64,000 bases of DNA. Origin: Podospora anserina. Its lineage: Eukaryota. Below, piece after piece: positions 1 to 13,153 of this stretch (its first letter is position 1; the number at the start of each line of letters is the position of its first letter). Both the position numbers and the translations under genes were made by a program. The notes beneath the pieces were generated by a model. The model was not told the DNA's origin and ran no database searches. It saw only the letters and a list, made by a program, of their open reading frames with translations. The stretch spans positions 1,984,001 to 2,048,000 of the forward strand of contig CM030335.1 of the NCBI GenBank assembly GCA_017654855.1, in the 5' to 3' direction.

Positions 1-1555
1 GGAGAAGCCAGTGGCCAATGTCATGACCCCCATGGCGGACGTTTTTGTCATGGCAGAGGACACTGTTTTGGATGAGAAGACCATGGACATGATTCTTTCG
101 GCAGGCTACTCGCGCATTCCCATCCACGAAACTGGGAACCCTACCAATTTCGTCGGTATGCTTTTGGTCAAGATTCTGATCACCTACGACCCCGAGGATG
201 CCAAGCTTGTCAAGGATTTCCCACTTGCTACCCTGCCCGAGACCCGGCCCGAGACCAGCTGTTTGGATATTGTCAACTTCTTCCAGGAAGGCAAGTCCCA
301 CATGGTTCTCGTTTCGGAATACCCTGGTGAGGACCACGGCGCATTGGGTGTCGTTACCCTTGAAGACGTTATTGAGGAACTCATTGGAGAGGAAATCATC
401 GACGAGTCCGATGTGTACATTGACGTGCACAAGGCCATTCGCCGTCTTCAGCCTGCTCCCAAGGCGCGCGTCCAACGTCGCCAGTCTGAAGACCAAGCAG
501 GCCGCTTTGCGGAACATAATGGACTCGCAGATCACGGCGGCGACTTGATTCAGTTTGACACTACTGGCACAACATCTTTCGACTCACCCGCGCTGTCTAG
601 TAGCCCAAAGCTCGCCACTCTCATGATGCGCAGAAGTTCAGCTGGCAGAGAAGGGCACCACATGACAGTTCCTGTTCGGGCCAACTTTGAAGACATCAGA
701 CAACATCTGAAGCATCTTGGCCCCTCCAATCCTGCTACAAACCCCAGAGACACAAAGTCCACCACGGTCAAGATCAAGCCTGGCACCGGTCTGTTACACA
801 CGGCCGGCCGTTCTTCTTCTGTCGCCGAGGGTGCGATTGAAGAGTCGCCGCTGGAACATGTGCGTGAGCATGTCGAGGAGGAGGAAGGAGACGAGACGAC
901 GAGTCTGCTGAACCCCCAAGTTACTGGCAAGGACGGCATTCAGGCTCTGCAGCAAACATACGGTGCCACCAGCCCCGTAACCGTGCAGCTCGCTTCGCCC
1001 ATCAACGGTGTACCTACACTTACGCTCGAAACACCAGATCAAGCCGACAAGTCCAGTATGCAAAACACAAAGCAGAGTCCAACAGAATCCACCTCTGCTG
1101 GCCATCGGTCCGTCTCTAGCGGGGATAGTACCCACAGCGCACGGAACGATGTTGGCAACCTGATTCCCGCCAAGCCCTACGTCCGCAGCGGAAGCATCAC
1201 GGAGAACATCGTTGAGTCTAAAGGAGTCAGGAAGGTGGTTCTTGAAACTACTAGTTCCAATGACGAGGATGAGTTTGCCGTGATTGGTACTTCTCCGGAG
1301 CAGCCCAAGAGCAGGAGTACGTTTGGGTTATTTGGGAGGACGGATGCCGCCACTAAGAATGAGGGTGCTGGGCAGGAGGAGGAGGAGGAGGAGGAGCTTT
1401 TGTCACCAGAGACTGGGGAGGAAGGGACGAGCAAGGGGGCCGATGTTGCTAAGGGGAACGGTGCTCCAGGGACGGCGGCGGGTGGGCCAAGTAGTGGTGG
1501 GGGAGGGGCGAAGAAGAAGAACAGACGCAAGAAGCGCAAGGGCGGCAAGTCGTAG
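1..1555 (+). CDS. CNNM/Mam3-like (DUF21-CBS) metal homeostasis membrane protein, 5' truncated by window
   Basis: CBS pair motifs [43 protein letters not shown]; frame is open from position 2; long disordered C-terminal tail. Confidence 0.88.
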   Translation, partial: EKPVANVMTPMADVFVMAEDTVLDEKTMDMILSAGYSRIPIHETGNPTNFVGMLLVKILITYDPEDAKLVKDFPLATLPETRPETSCLDIVNFFQEGKSHMVLVSEYPGEDHGALGVVTLEDVIEELIGEEIIDESDVYIDVHKAIRRLQPAPKARVQRRQSEDQAGRFAEHNGLADHGGDLIQFDTTGTTSFDSPALSSSPKLATLMMRRSSAGREGHHMTVPVRANFEDIRQHLKHLGPSNPATNPRDTKSTTVKIKPGTGLLHTAGRSSSVAEGAIEESPLEHVREHVEEEEGDETTSLLNPQVTGKDGIQALQQTYGATSPVTVQLASPINGVPTLTLETPDQADKSSMQNTKQSPTESTSAGHRSVSSGDSTHSARNDVGNLIPAKPYVRSGSITENIVESKGVRKVVLETTSSNDEDEFAVIGTSPEQPKSRSTFGLFGRTDAATKNEGAGQEEEEEEELLSPETGEEGTSKGADVAKGNGAPGTAAGGPSSGGGGAKKKNRRKKRKGGKS

Positions 1556-2303
1556 GTTGACGGGCTGGTCGAGTACTTTTCTGTGTACTAGTAGTGTTCA
1601 ATGGGGAAGCGGAGGAGGATTCTTGAGGTATGTGTTAATGGAATAGGTGGGAATGAACTTAGCATATCTGGGAACCAAAAGGGGGGCAAGGCATGTTAAT
1701 ATTTTTTTGGAGGGTTTGGGAATTAAAGGGTGTGTGTTGCATTGTTTACAGGCGTCGGTTGGGGTTGGCTGTAATGTAGCGATAGTTTAGCTGGAGTTTG
1801 TTTATGAAGGTTGAACCGTATTGGCATTGCTCTCGTGCTCTGGGTGTATAATGCTGGTTTGGGGAGCTGTGAAGCGTTGACGTCAGCATTCGTAACGATG
1901 GTTGGTGGGGTCGTTGAGCTCTTTTGATGCTTATCCCCGCTATGTATTTTCACAATGATACGAGTTAGGTGAGATTGGGTGACAGGATAGATTCGGTCGG
2001 GGAGGGGCTGTGAAGCTATCTCCAAACGTTTGGGTCTCGCAATCATTATCATACACATGACAGAATTACTTGGAGCTGCCAAATTCACCGACCTGCCCTC
2101 TCTGGAGCTATTATTCGGGATCTATAGCTTACGCCGATTTCACGTAATTACAACTTGTCACTATCAGCTATTACATAGCTCCCCACCCCATTTGCCGATA
2201 GCTTCAACAGCCCCTCCTCCTCTTCCCCAATTTCCCCCGCTTGGACTTTTGTCTCACGCTTACAAGTTGATTGCCCGATAAAAACCCCTTTTTCGCTCAA
2301 CAT

Positions 2304-3556
2304 ATGAACTCGTTGCGGGCGTCGCAGCGGTTGAGATTTTTTGTTCCGTCACTGCAAAAGAAGCCGTCGTTTGTCCCACCAGGTAGGTGGTAGCTCGAGA
2401 ATACAATGCGAGATTGAAGAATAACATTTGCTAATGAATGAGAATTTAGTCTTCCGAGGATTCGCAACCATGGCGTCGACTACTGATGTCAAGAACTTCA
2501 AGTTGAATCACACGATGTGAGTACCTACCTTCTCCCATCCCAGGATGGCAATAAGCGCTGGGAACTGACACAAGAAAATAGGATTCGTGTGAAGGACCCC
2601 AAGGAGTCTGGCTCGTCACTATCTACTCACCTCTCTATCCTCAACAACCACTAACATCCCCCCTAGTCAAGTTCTACAACCACCTCGGCCTCTCCCTCCT
2701 CAAGAAGCTCTCCTTCCCCGACGCAAAATTCGACCTCTACTTCCTCGGCTACGACGCCCCCGGCGCCGTCTCCCACGGGAAGAACCTCTGGGACAGGGAA
2801 GGCCTCATCGAGCTGACGCACAACTACGGCACCGAAAACGACCCCGAGTACAAGATCAACAATGGCAATGTTGAGCCCTACCGTGGTTTCGGACATACTT
2901 GCATCAGCGTCGACAATATCCAGGCTGCCTGCCAGAGGATCGAGGACGCGGGCTACAAGTTCCAGAAGAAGCTCACGGATGGAAAGATGAGGCATATTGC
3001 CTTTGCGCTTGATCCGGATGGGTACTGGGTTGAGATTATTGGGCAGAGGCCGGTGGAGGAGACGGAGGGGGTGAGGGAGACGGATTTGGGGACGTATAGG
3101 ATGAATCACACCATGATTCGGGTCAAGGATGCGGAGAGGTCGCTTGAGTTTTACCGGGAGGTTATGGGGATGAAGCTTTTTAGGACTCATGAGGCGAAGG
3201 AGGCCGGGTTCAACCTTTATTTCTTGGGGTATGAAGGGGAACAGGGGGCTGTTGTTGAGGGTGGTGATACGGCGAAGAGGGAGGGGTTGTTGGAGCTGAC
3301 TTGGAATTACGGGACGGAGAAGGAGGAGGGGTTTAGTTACCATGATGGGAACAAGGGGCCGCAGGGGTTTGGGCATATTTGTGTTTCGGTTGATAGCTTG
3401 GAGAAGGCGTGCGAGAGGTTTGAGGGATTGGGGGTGAGCTGGAAGAAGAGGTTGACGGATGGGAGGATGAAGAATGTGGCTTTTGTGTTGGATCCGGATG
3501 GGTATTGGGTCGAGATTGTGCAGAATGAGAGGTTTGCGGATAAGGCCAACTTTTGA
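2304..3556 (+). CDS. GLO1: Glyoxalase I (lactoylglutathione lyase), two-domain fungal type; exons 2304-2382, 2450-2516, 2582-2610, 2667-3556; second in-frame ATG at 2470
   Basis: Duplicated NHTMIRVKD / ELTHNYGTE / GFGHxCxSVD / DPDGYWVEI motifs; introns with CTAAC/CTGAC-type branch sites restore the frame; third intron needs a GC donor. Confidence 0.93.
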
Positions 3557-4712
3557 GGGGAGGAAGTTGGTGGTATGAGGGGAAGGGCGGATATGCAGGT
3601 GGTTTGAGCGCGTGATGGGTAGATCTATACGTTTTGGTGGAAGGGGGCGATTCGGGGTTGAAATGGTAGCCAGTAAGATGTCTTCTCCCACTCTCTGTGT
3701 GTTTTGGTCCCCCCTCATTAGAGATGTGAGATGCAGATGTACCGAGAAGACCGAGAACAGCACAGTGTATACGTGACATGTGTGGCTGTGAGCCGGCAAG
3801 GTAGCAGTGGGGACTTCCCCAGACACCTAGGATCATGATACTGACAGCTTATTCGACGGGGAACATGTGCAGTAGTGCTTGCATTAGCCAAACGTGGGGG
3901 AAATGGGTGGGAAAGGGCAAAGTGAGGGGTTCCACTCCTTCCATGTGTAAAGGAAGAGCTATGAGAAGCATTTTGAACTTGCTGATTGAGACTGGCGAAT
4001 AACATGGATTATTCCAAGATTTATTACTGGACAGGTTGGATAACTGATGGGTCACACACCAATAACAGCTCTTGATCAGAAGCTTCTCAAGAACCGGGCG
4101 AGGAGGTGTCTTTGTCACGTTACAGACTGGGCAATATGGTGTCGTGTAAGGGCCCCTCACTTCACTCCCGGGTTGGTTCTTTATGCTGTCATTTTCTCGG
4201 CAGGCAGAGGGAGACACACATCCGACACCGACCCCCATCTTCCTCCCCCCGTCTCATCCCGTCCTGTCACATTCTCCTTTGGAGATGAGATGTATGTCGG
4301 TCATCGGTACAATCCATCCATTGGCTTTCACGACTTGGTCCTGCAGGGCATCTACGCGAAGAGGTCCTGTTTTGGGTATCCCGCATATGTCGTGACTTTG
4401 AGATCAGAAAGGGCCGGACCGTGAAACGGAGTTTACCTACCTCGCGTTGCTGTTGTGTGTACGAGAGAGAGGGGGGAAAGGGGGGGGGTGAGGCGAGGGT
4501 TGTCTAGAACCCCGCAACTTTGCCCTGGCTGGCTGGCTGTGGTAGGTAAGGTAGCTAGGTGTGGTGTATATAACGTCGACCTTGTCCCTTTCTTGTTTCC
4601 CTTTTCTTGTCTTGTGTGTTAAACTATTGCTAATAATCATTCACCAGCTCCATTCGTCTTTTATACCAAAAGCATAACATCTCTTGGGCATTTGCCACAC
4701 CTAACCACCATC

Positions 4713-6540
4713 ATGGCCCCCTCCGCCATAGAACCCGTCTCCTCCTCCCCCAACAACAACACCCCCCGTATCCTCGTCCCGGAAAAGCTCTCCCCCGAAG
4801 GCCTCTCCCTCCTGTCCTCTTCGGGCTTCATAATCGACAACCCTGCCCCCGGGTCCCTCTCCGCAGAGGACATCGCGGCCAGGATCGGGTCGTACCAAGC
4901 GCTTATCGTGAGGTCCGAGACGAAAGTCACGGCTGCCCTGCTGGCAGCTGGCTCCAAGCTGAAAGTTGTCGCCAGGGCTGGGGTGGGGGTTGACAATATC
5001 GATGTCAAGGCCGCGACTGAGCAGGGCATCATCGTTGTCAACTCCCCCAGCGGCAACATCCTCGCCGCGGCCGAGCACACCATCGCTCTTCTCATGGCCA
5101 CGGCGAGAAACGTCCCCCGCGGAGACGGGACGCTCAAGCAAGGGAAGTGGGAGAGGGGAAAGCTCGTGGGTGTGGAAGTAGGGGGGAAGACGCTCGGTGT
5201 GGTTGGGTTGGGGAAGGTAGGGCTCAAAGTAGCTCGTGTTGCGAGCGGGGGGTTGGGGATGAAGGTCTTGGGTCTTGATCCGTATGCTTCGGCTGATGTG
5301 GCCAAGGCTGCGGGGGTGACGTTGGTGGGGAGTTTGGAGGAGCTGTTGCCTCAGGTGGATTTCTTGACTGTTCACACGCCGCTGTTGGCTAGCACGTTGA
5401 ATCTGCTGGGGGAGGAGCAGTTTGGGAAGATGAAGAAGACTGCACGGGTGTTGAATGTGGCGAGGGGTGGGGTGTATAATGAGGAGGCGTTGTTGAAGGC
5501 GCTGGATGAGGGTTGGATTGCGGGGGCGGGGATAGATGTTTTCACTCAGGAGCCGCCAAAGGAGGGGAGTGTGCCATCGAGGTTGGCGCAGCATCCAAAG
5601 GTTGTGAGCACGCCGCATTTGGGGGCCAGCACGGTTGAAGCACAGGAGAACGTCTCGATCGATGTGTGTAAGCAGGTGGTTGTCATCCTAGGTGGTGGCC
5701 TCCCGACAGCAGCAGTAAACGCCCCGCTGATCTTGCCCGAGGAGTACAGGAGGTTGCAGCCGTTTGTGAAGCTGTGAGTTTTGACCCCCTTTATCCCCTT
5801 ACCAACATCCCGTCGGAAACTGACAGTATGATAGGGTCGAGAAGATTGGCAGTCTCTACACCCAACATTACGCCACCAACGCAGGCGACAAGAAAGGGGG
5901 CATGATTGGCGGCCGACGCTTCGAACTCGTCTACCATGGCGATCTTGCCAGCGTGAGCAACACCCGTCCGCTCTTTGCCGCCCTGGTCAAGGGTCTTGTC
6001 AGTTCCATCAGTGACGCCGGTGGACGAGATGTGAATATTGTCAACGCTACAATCATTGCCAAAGAAAGGGGCATCGCCATTGATGAGAGGCATGTTCGTG
6101 ACGAGGGGTCTTCGGCTCCAAGCACCTACGCCAGTGCTGTCACTCTCAGAAGCATCAGCACAGACGGGGCCAGCGGGGGAGAGCAGATCATTGAGGGCTA
6201 TGTCAGTGGGAACGCTGTCTTCATCTCCAAGCTGGACAAGTTTGCGGCCAACTTCCAGCCAGAAGGGACGCTGCTGATCTTGCACAACTATGACGAGCCA
6301 GGCAAGATTGGGAATGTCGGTATGGTTTTGGGTAGGCATGGGATCAACATCACTTTCATGCAGGTTGCGGGACTGAATCAAGAGGCAAGGCGGGCTGTTG
6401 TTGATGGACCGGTTGATACGGAGAACGGGCTGAAGGAGGCACTCATGATTTTGGGAGTAGGAGGAGACGTGACTGGTGAGCTGCTTGAAGAGCTGGGCAA
6501 GGCTGAAGGTATCCTGGATGTAAGTGTGGTGCAATTGTAG
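4713..6540 (+). CDS. D-3-phosphoglycerate dehydrogenase, type I-like (ASB + ACT domains); intron 5774-5834
   Basis: RAGVGVDNID, GLGKVG Rossmann motif, NVARGG, TPHLGAST; VNIVNATIIAKERGI (ASB-like) and NYDEPGKIGNVG (ACT). Confidence 0.9.
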
Positions 6541-6741
6541 GGTTTTTGCTGCTATCTTCTGTATCCATATAGTTCTCTGAAGGTACCAATTTGTTTTCAA
6601 CAAGCAGTGGCAGGCTGAAACAGGTCTCACCTTGAGGTCAAGATTGGAGATCCTCCACAAATGATAAGATGTTCTTGATAAGGCTCAGAGTGGAGGCAAA
6701 AAAGATTCATATGCATACTTGAGAAATTTTGCAAAAGATAA

Positions 6742-6852
6742 TGATGAGAGTGGGATTCGAACCCACGCCCTTTCGGACCACGGAATCTTTGTACAAGATG
6801 TTGATTAAGGAAGACCTTAACGTGGCGCCTTAGACCGCTCGGCCATCTCACC
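6742..6852 (-). tRNA. tRNA-Leu(AAG) with about 30-nt intron
   Basis: Minus strand GGTGAGATGGCCGAGCGGTCTAAGGCG-CCACG-TT-AAG-G[intron]C-CGTGG-TCCGAAAGGGC-GTGGGTTCGAATCCCAC-TCTCATCA; long variable arm; intron contains CCTTAA complementary to the anticodon loop. Confidence 0.95.
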
Positions 6853-8369
6853 GTATGATTGTTGAAGATCCAGGCTGGTTGTTGCACTCATGATCGTCGA
6901 GATCGAGAAAGGTGGCGGCGCATCAGCCGGGAAAATGATACTGATGGATGAGTTCCACCCCTCATCTTCACATGACTGTTTCATCAAGACTCAGAACCTA
7001 GCAAATGTTGCAAATATTCTGATCTCATGTTTGGGTTCAGCGAGGCCAGAACGATGCTCGTCTTCATCTCATCTTCGACTTTGATCTTCACAGGGCTCTC
7101 TGTTGACGACTTCGCTTCGTCCCTGATGAACCCACTTGGACCTGTCCGTGCCGACCCGGGGAGCTGGGAAGCTTGCGCGCAGAATGGCACCGATTCGGAC
7201 TGGTGTGGCCAGGATGGGTGATTGGCGTGCGCGATAGTTCGTGATCCCCTATTCTCCTTTTTCCGTTGTGGAATGGCGAAGTGTTGTTTGAGTGTCGTGC
7301 AAAGGGGGCAACAGGTTTCCCGGTCTGATGGCAAAAACTGACAAAAAGCATCACCACGAAAATCCCGGCTGGGTAGCACCATTCTGACACATCCGCAGGT
7401 GCCTCAGCCGCGCATTGCAAGACAGGTTCCGAGTCATCATCGAAACGTTGGAATCTGAAGTACTCTAGTACTACCATGTGAACTGCCGCCGTTGAATGGA
7501 TCAGAATAACCGCGCCAGTCACTTGTCATGCATCCAGCAGGTGTGATGCTCACATGGAAACTCTGCACGGTTGGAACAGGTTTAAGAGGAGGTGAGAAAA
7601 GGGAGCTACCCCTGTTCGGCCCCTCCTTGCTGATTCTCCACGGGTCCACTGGCTGTTGCCCACCGCTCCACCGCTCCCCCGGGGTCGCCCACTTTGGACC
7701 CGCGCCTTTCCCTTTCTGGGGGCGCGGGCAACAGCGTCTGAGGCATTCTGGAAGCGAGTGACCAGTCACTGAGCTCCTCTTTTTTTTCCCTCGTCCTCCT
7801 TCTTACAGCATTTGTTGAACCTTCCAAGACGAAGCGCCCAGCAGGTACGGATACTTTCATTCTCGCGCCTGGCCTCTTTCAGGTACGGTGCGTGCTGTGC
7901 TCCTGCCTTACCTTGTACCTCATCTGTTGTGTTATCCGCCATCGTCCGATTCCATCGCGGCGGCAGTTGGGGCTAAAGCTTCCTGTTCCTGCGGCCTGCG
8001 CGGCAACAGCCAATTCAACGTCGATTGCGACTTGAGAAGAGAGCAATTACAGGTGAGTCTCTCTTGTTGTTGTTTCCACATGCTTTTTTCAAAAGAAGGT
8101 CAACTTCAAGCTGCCAGGTCGACTCTGACCTCTTCCATCGTCTTGTTTACTTTTGGCATCCCTTTATGGTTCTCTCCTGTTCTTTAAGCCAGAGTCTTTT
8201 AATTGCACATAATCTCTTTTGGTCCCCACCACCACTTTTACGTACTGACACCAAGCTCGACCGACAGTTGACACGGCCATCTTCTTAACTACTAGTACCT
8301 ACCCCTTCCTGTTCTTTCAGAACAGCATCCATTGCCGTCCTGTCTACACCATCCATCCATCCATCCATA

Positions 8370-11300
8370 ATGTCAGACGTCGAGACCAAAGATCAGACCC
8401 CTGCCCCTGAGCAGCAGCAGGAGGAGCAGGAGGAGCAGCAGGAGCAGCAAGCGGCTCCAAGAGAAGAGGCCACCCTGACACCTCCCCCAGCACCGCCGTC
8501 TGGCTCCGACACCTCTCCCAAGGCGAAGGCTGGAGCGGGAGCAGAAGCCGCCGCTGCAAAGAAACGTACCGCTTCGACCTCTACCGCTGGTGTCCGCCGT
8601 CCAACCGGGACTAGCAGTGCCACTGGCAAGCCGGCTGCTGGAACCGCATCACGAATAGGCACCGCAGGTGGCTTGACTAGACCCTCGACGACACGGACGG
8701 CCGCTGGTTCTACGGTTCCCAAGCGCCCAGGCACCGCCGCTTCCTCTGTGTCCCATCGCTCCCAGCCTTCCCAGTCCGAAGATGAGAAGAAAAGGCCCAC
8801 AGCTTCGGCGACACGCCGCACCTCGATCCTGCCCGGCGGTGCCGCTGACTCTCCGGGTAAGGCCAGCAGAACAAGTACCATTGCCGGTAGCACTGCCGCC
8901 GCAAGAAAGCCTGCGGCCGCCGGCACCACCACGGCATCCCGGTCAGCTTCTGGCACGGTTCGAACAACAGCCACGACCGGCTCGGCTCCCCCGACTACCA
9001 CACGCACTGCCACCAGACCACCGACCACCGGCGCCGTTGCCGATGCTAAGAAGAGGTTGTCGACGGTCGGAGTCTCCACTGCTGGCGCCGCTCCCCGACA
9101 CGCTGCTCGTCCCTCGTTGGCCTCGGGCACATCTGCCACAGCCGCCGCTGCGGCTGCCGAGTCTGCCAAGGAGACCGAGGAGCTCAAGGTCAAGCTGTCG
9201 TCTAGTGAGGCCGAAATCGCGGAGCTCGAGGCTCAGATTGCTTCTCGTCAGGCCAAGATTGACGAGCTCACAGAGCAATTGAGTGCCGCCCAGCAAGCGA
9301 AGCAGGAAGCTCCCGAGTCCGCCATCGATCAGGATGTCTTGGAAGCTCTCAAGACAGAGCATGCCGCCGTGATCGAGGAATTGAACAAGAAGGTCACAGA
9401 AACCGAAGAACAGCTGGCCTCCGTCCAGGCCGAGCTTACCGCCAAGCAAAGTGAGCTTGCTGCTGCCGCAAGCGCCAGGGAAACGGCCGAGGCCGAGATT
9501 GCTAGCCTCAAGCAGAAACTCGAGAGACGGCAGGCGGACCACGAGGCTGAGCTCAAGAACGCCAAGGAGAGCCTCTCGGGGTCGGAAGAGGAGAATACTG
9601 CTAAGCTGGAGGCACTACGAAAATCCTTGAGTGAACAGTACGAGGCAAATGTTCACGCATTGAAGGAGAAGCATCAGGAGGAGATCCAGCAGGTCAAGCT
9701 TGAATCTGCCGGTACTCAGAAGGAACTGGTGGAGAGAGGAAACGAAATGCTCGAGGAGTTGCGTGAGAAGAATAAGCGTTTGGACAAGGAGGTGCAGGAT
9801 GAGGTTGCGCGACTTAGGGAAGCGCTCGTAGCTGCCGAGGAGGCGGGAAATGTTATCAAGGCTGAGATCGCGGGCAAGAACGAAATAGTCGTTGCCTTGC
9901 AGACGCGTAACTCTGAGCTCGAGTCTGAACTCTCCGCCGTTCGGGACGGGCTCAGCAAGGCCCAGAGTGCTCACGCTGAGCTCGAGAAGATTATGGCCGG
10001 CTTGAAGGAGGAGGCTGCTGCCAACGATGCTGCTTTTTCCAAGCTCAGGGAAGAGCATGCCCAGTTGACAGAGGATCATGCCAAGCTGACAGCTGCTCAC
10101 GCCAGTCAAACCGACCACCACAATGAACAACTCAAACAGATCAGCCAGGACTACGAAAAGGAGATTGAGGATCTCCGTGGGGATGCCTTTTTCAAGAGAA
10201 AGTTTGAAGAATTGGAGGCCAAGCATGCCGAGCTTGTTCAGGCGCACGAGCAGGCCGTAGCAAGTCACGCACAAGCTCTTGAGGCTGCCAAAGCCGAACG
10301 CGACAATGCCATCAACGCGCTGAAGGCCAAGGAGGAAGAACATCAACAAGCTTTGGATGCTCTGCGTGCGAGCCATGCCGAAGAGCTGGAAGGCGCCAAG
10401 AGCGCCACAAGGCAGGCCCAGGAGGCGGGCGAGGAGGAGATTCATTCTCTCAAGGAGAGCCACAGCAAGCAGATTGAGATATTAAAGGAGGAGAGCAAAG
10501 CCAGTTTGGCCAAGGCGCTCGAGGATCTTGAAGCAGGCCACGCCGCCGAACTCGATGCCGCTCGGTCCGCTGGAGATGTCAGCCTCCAAACCCGAATGGA
10601 GCAATTCGAGAGGGAAGTCGAGGCCAAGCACGCTGAGGAGTTGGAGCAGGCGCTGCAAGAGGTCCGGGCCAAGCATGCGGAGGAGGTTGCCAAGCTGACA
10701 GGCGACTTGCAAGCTGCCCAAGCCATGACTGAGGAGCTGGAAGCGGGGCTGAAGGACAGCGAGGGTCAACGGGCTGAGGCCAAGGCCTTGATTGACTACC
10801 GCGAGGAAGAAATGGCCAAGCTTCAAGCCAAGTTTGCTGAACTGGAGGCATCAGTCAAGGAAATTCAAGCGAAAAATGCCGAACTCGAGGCAAAGAACGC
10901 CGAGTCTGTGGCCAAGCACAATCTCGAGTTGGAAGCTGTCAATGCTCGTCACGACAGCCTCCTTGCCGAGATCAAAGCCAAGTATGCCGCTGATTCCGAG
11001 GCCCAGCTCAAGGGCTTGGAGAAGGAGCAACAGGCCAAGGCGGATGCTGAGGCGGCCGCTGAGGCTCTGAGGGCGGAGAACGTCAAGCTGCAGCAAGAGG
11101 TGGATGAGATGGGTGGCCAGCTTGCCATGGAAAAGATGGAAAAGTTCACTGCCCAGGCGGAATTGGACGCTGTCAAGAATGCCAAACAAGATACAAGTGA
11201 GATTAATGGCCTCCGCGAGCAGGTCAGCTTTTTCCAGGCACGCTACGACGCGGATGTGGCCAAGGCGCAGGAAGCTGCCAGCAAGGCCAGTGCTGAGGTT

Positions 11301-11974
11301 GCCGCTCTCGAGCAGCAGCTTGCTGCTGTTCAAAAGGATCTCGAGGAAGCAGAGAAGAAGGTCGAGGTTGGCAAGGCCGACTACAAGGATCTCCACGATA
11401 TCTTTGTGGAACATGGCAACAGCAAGACGGCTCTGGAGAACGACAAGGCCGAGCTGGAGAAGCGTCTGTCCGAGGTGGAACAGCGGCTCTCTGAGGCGGA
11501 GCAGCGGGTATCCGAAGCCGACAAGGAGGTTGCAGAGCTCACGGCGCAGCTCAAGATCCGGGAGGCCGAGCTTGCAGAGGTCAAGGTACAAGCTGTCTTA
11601 CCACGGGGTCCATGGTTCTAGTCACTAACGTGGATGGCGATTTGCAGACCAAGGGCGAACCCGCCAAGGGCCTCGCGGCGAGCCGGTTTGCGCAACCGGC
11701 GGAGGAGAATGGGAGCAATGGAGTACCCGCAGCGGAAGGTGAGCCTGAGCTGGACAACTCTTCGGCGGCGCTAGCTTCGGTGCGAGCTACCAATATTTTC
11801 TCTAACCCTCTCTTTCTTGGGCTGAGACTGGCTAACGCAGGACGGGTGATGCAGATCGCTAAAGCCCAGGCGGGAATCAGCCAGCTTGCCGAGCTGGACG
11901 ACGACATTGCCAAGTCGAACCAGCGAATCCTCCAGTCCATCACGGACGGCGTGCCACAGGCGTCATCAGCCTAG
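8370..11974 (+). CDS. Large coiled-coil protein with basic S/T/A/R/K-rich disordered N-terminus, function unknown; introns 11586-11647 and 11780-11854
   Basis: Over 1000 open codons, heptad-rich E/A/L/K region from about residue 270; GT-AG introns with CTAAC branch sites join the terminal exons. Confidence 0.85.
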
Positions 11975-13153
11975 TCGGACGGTGCTCGGCTTGTGGTTCT
12001 TTGTGATTTTATCTGTTGTTGCTATAGCCGGCTGCTCCAGCGATGGGCAGCAGCTGGGAAAGTTTGTAATGAGGAGGGTTCTCCAGCGGACGGCGGGGGG
12101 GCGGCCGAGGTCAGGAGGGCTGCCCGATCGTTGTGTACATTCGCATTCAGCTAGTTGCTATTTTATACCCTTCGGCTTTTTATGCTTGTGGGCGGGTTTC
12201 TTTTTGGTGATGGGGACATGCCGGCTGTTGTTGCTGTTGCCAAGAGGAGATGATGTTTTGATGCTGGAAGGAAATGGGGGAAGAAGGTGAGGTATTGTTC
12301 AAGGCAGGAAGTCGAAGGGGGGCCTACCTAATACGGGAGTTTGTCTCTTGTGTATCTATTATTTTGTAGACTGGCTACACTGATCATGCACAGACACACA
12401 CACACACACACAACATCTTTTGGATTTAATGCATTGCTGCAGGACAGTGAGGTGAAGTCATCATCGATGGAACAGCCCCCCTGATTTGTTAGTCAGCTCC
12501 AGCTCCAGCCACAGCCCAGCAGAAGCTCGGTTGAGTCGAGGCTGGTGGGTGGTGGTGGGGTGGTGCAAAATTTTCGGCGTGCCCCCAAAAAATAATTCGG
12601 GTCTGCCAACGCGGTGAAAACTCCTTCCGTTCCTCTCGGAGCTGTCAGTTCTTCCGCAGCGACGAAATCGCATCCGACTTGGAATAGTTTCCTTTGACGA
12701 ATCAAGGTATGTTTCAAGCCATATCCTTTTCCCGCTACCACATCGCCATAGCACCAGCCTCAATACCTGCCACGCAATGCCGCAAACCCATCTTTTTGGG
12801 GCATTGCTGTCGCCGTCACGGCATAGCATACTTTTTTCTGTCTTGTTCATGTTGTCGTCTTCTTGTCTCCGCGAGCCAGCATCATGTAGTCGTATACCGA
12901 GACGCGATAGCAAGCCTCAATTAAGCCATTGTTCTACTGTTATGCACTGATTTCTTTCGAGTACTGATGACCCCTAGTGACTACCCTGTTCTTTTTTATA
13001 CCAAGCGTCGCATCCTCCGATTAGACCACGACTACCATTAGAGCACACCGAGCAGAGTTTTCTACTGTATGGACTGTGGAAGGAGGCTCGGATAGGTTTC
13101 TTCAGCTTTGGTGTAGGACGGCGCTTTTGGGGCACGACGACCAGCCCACCGCG

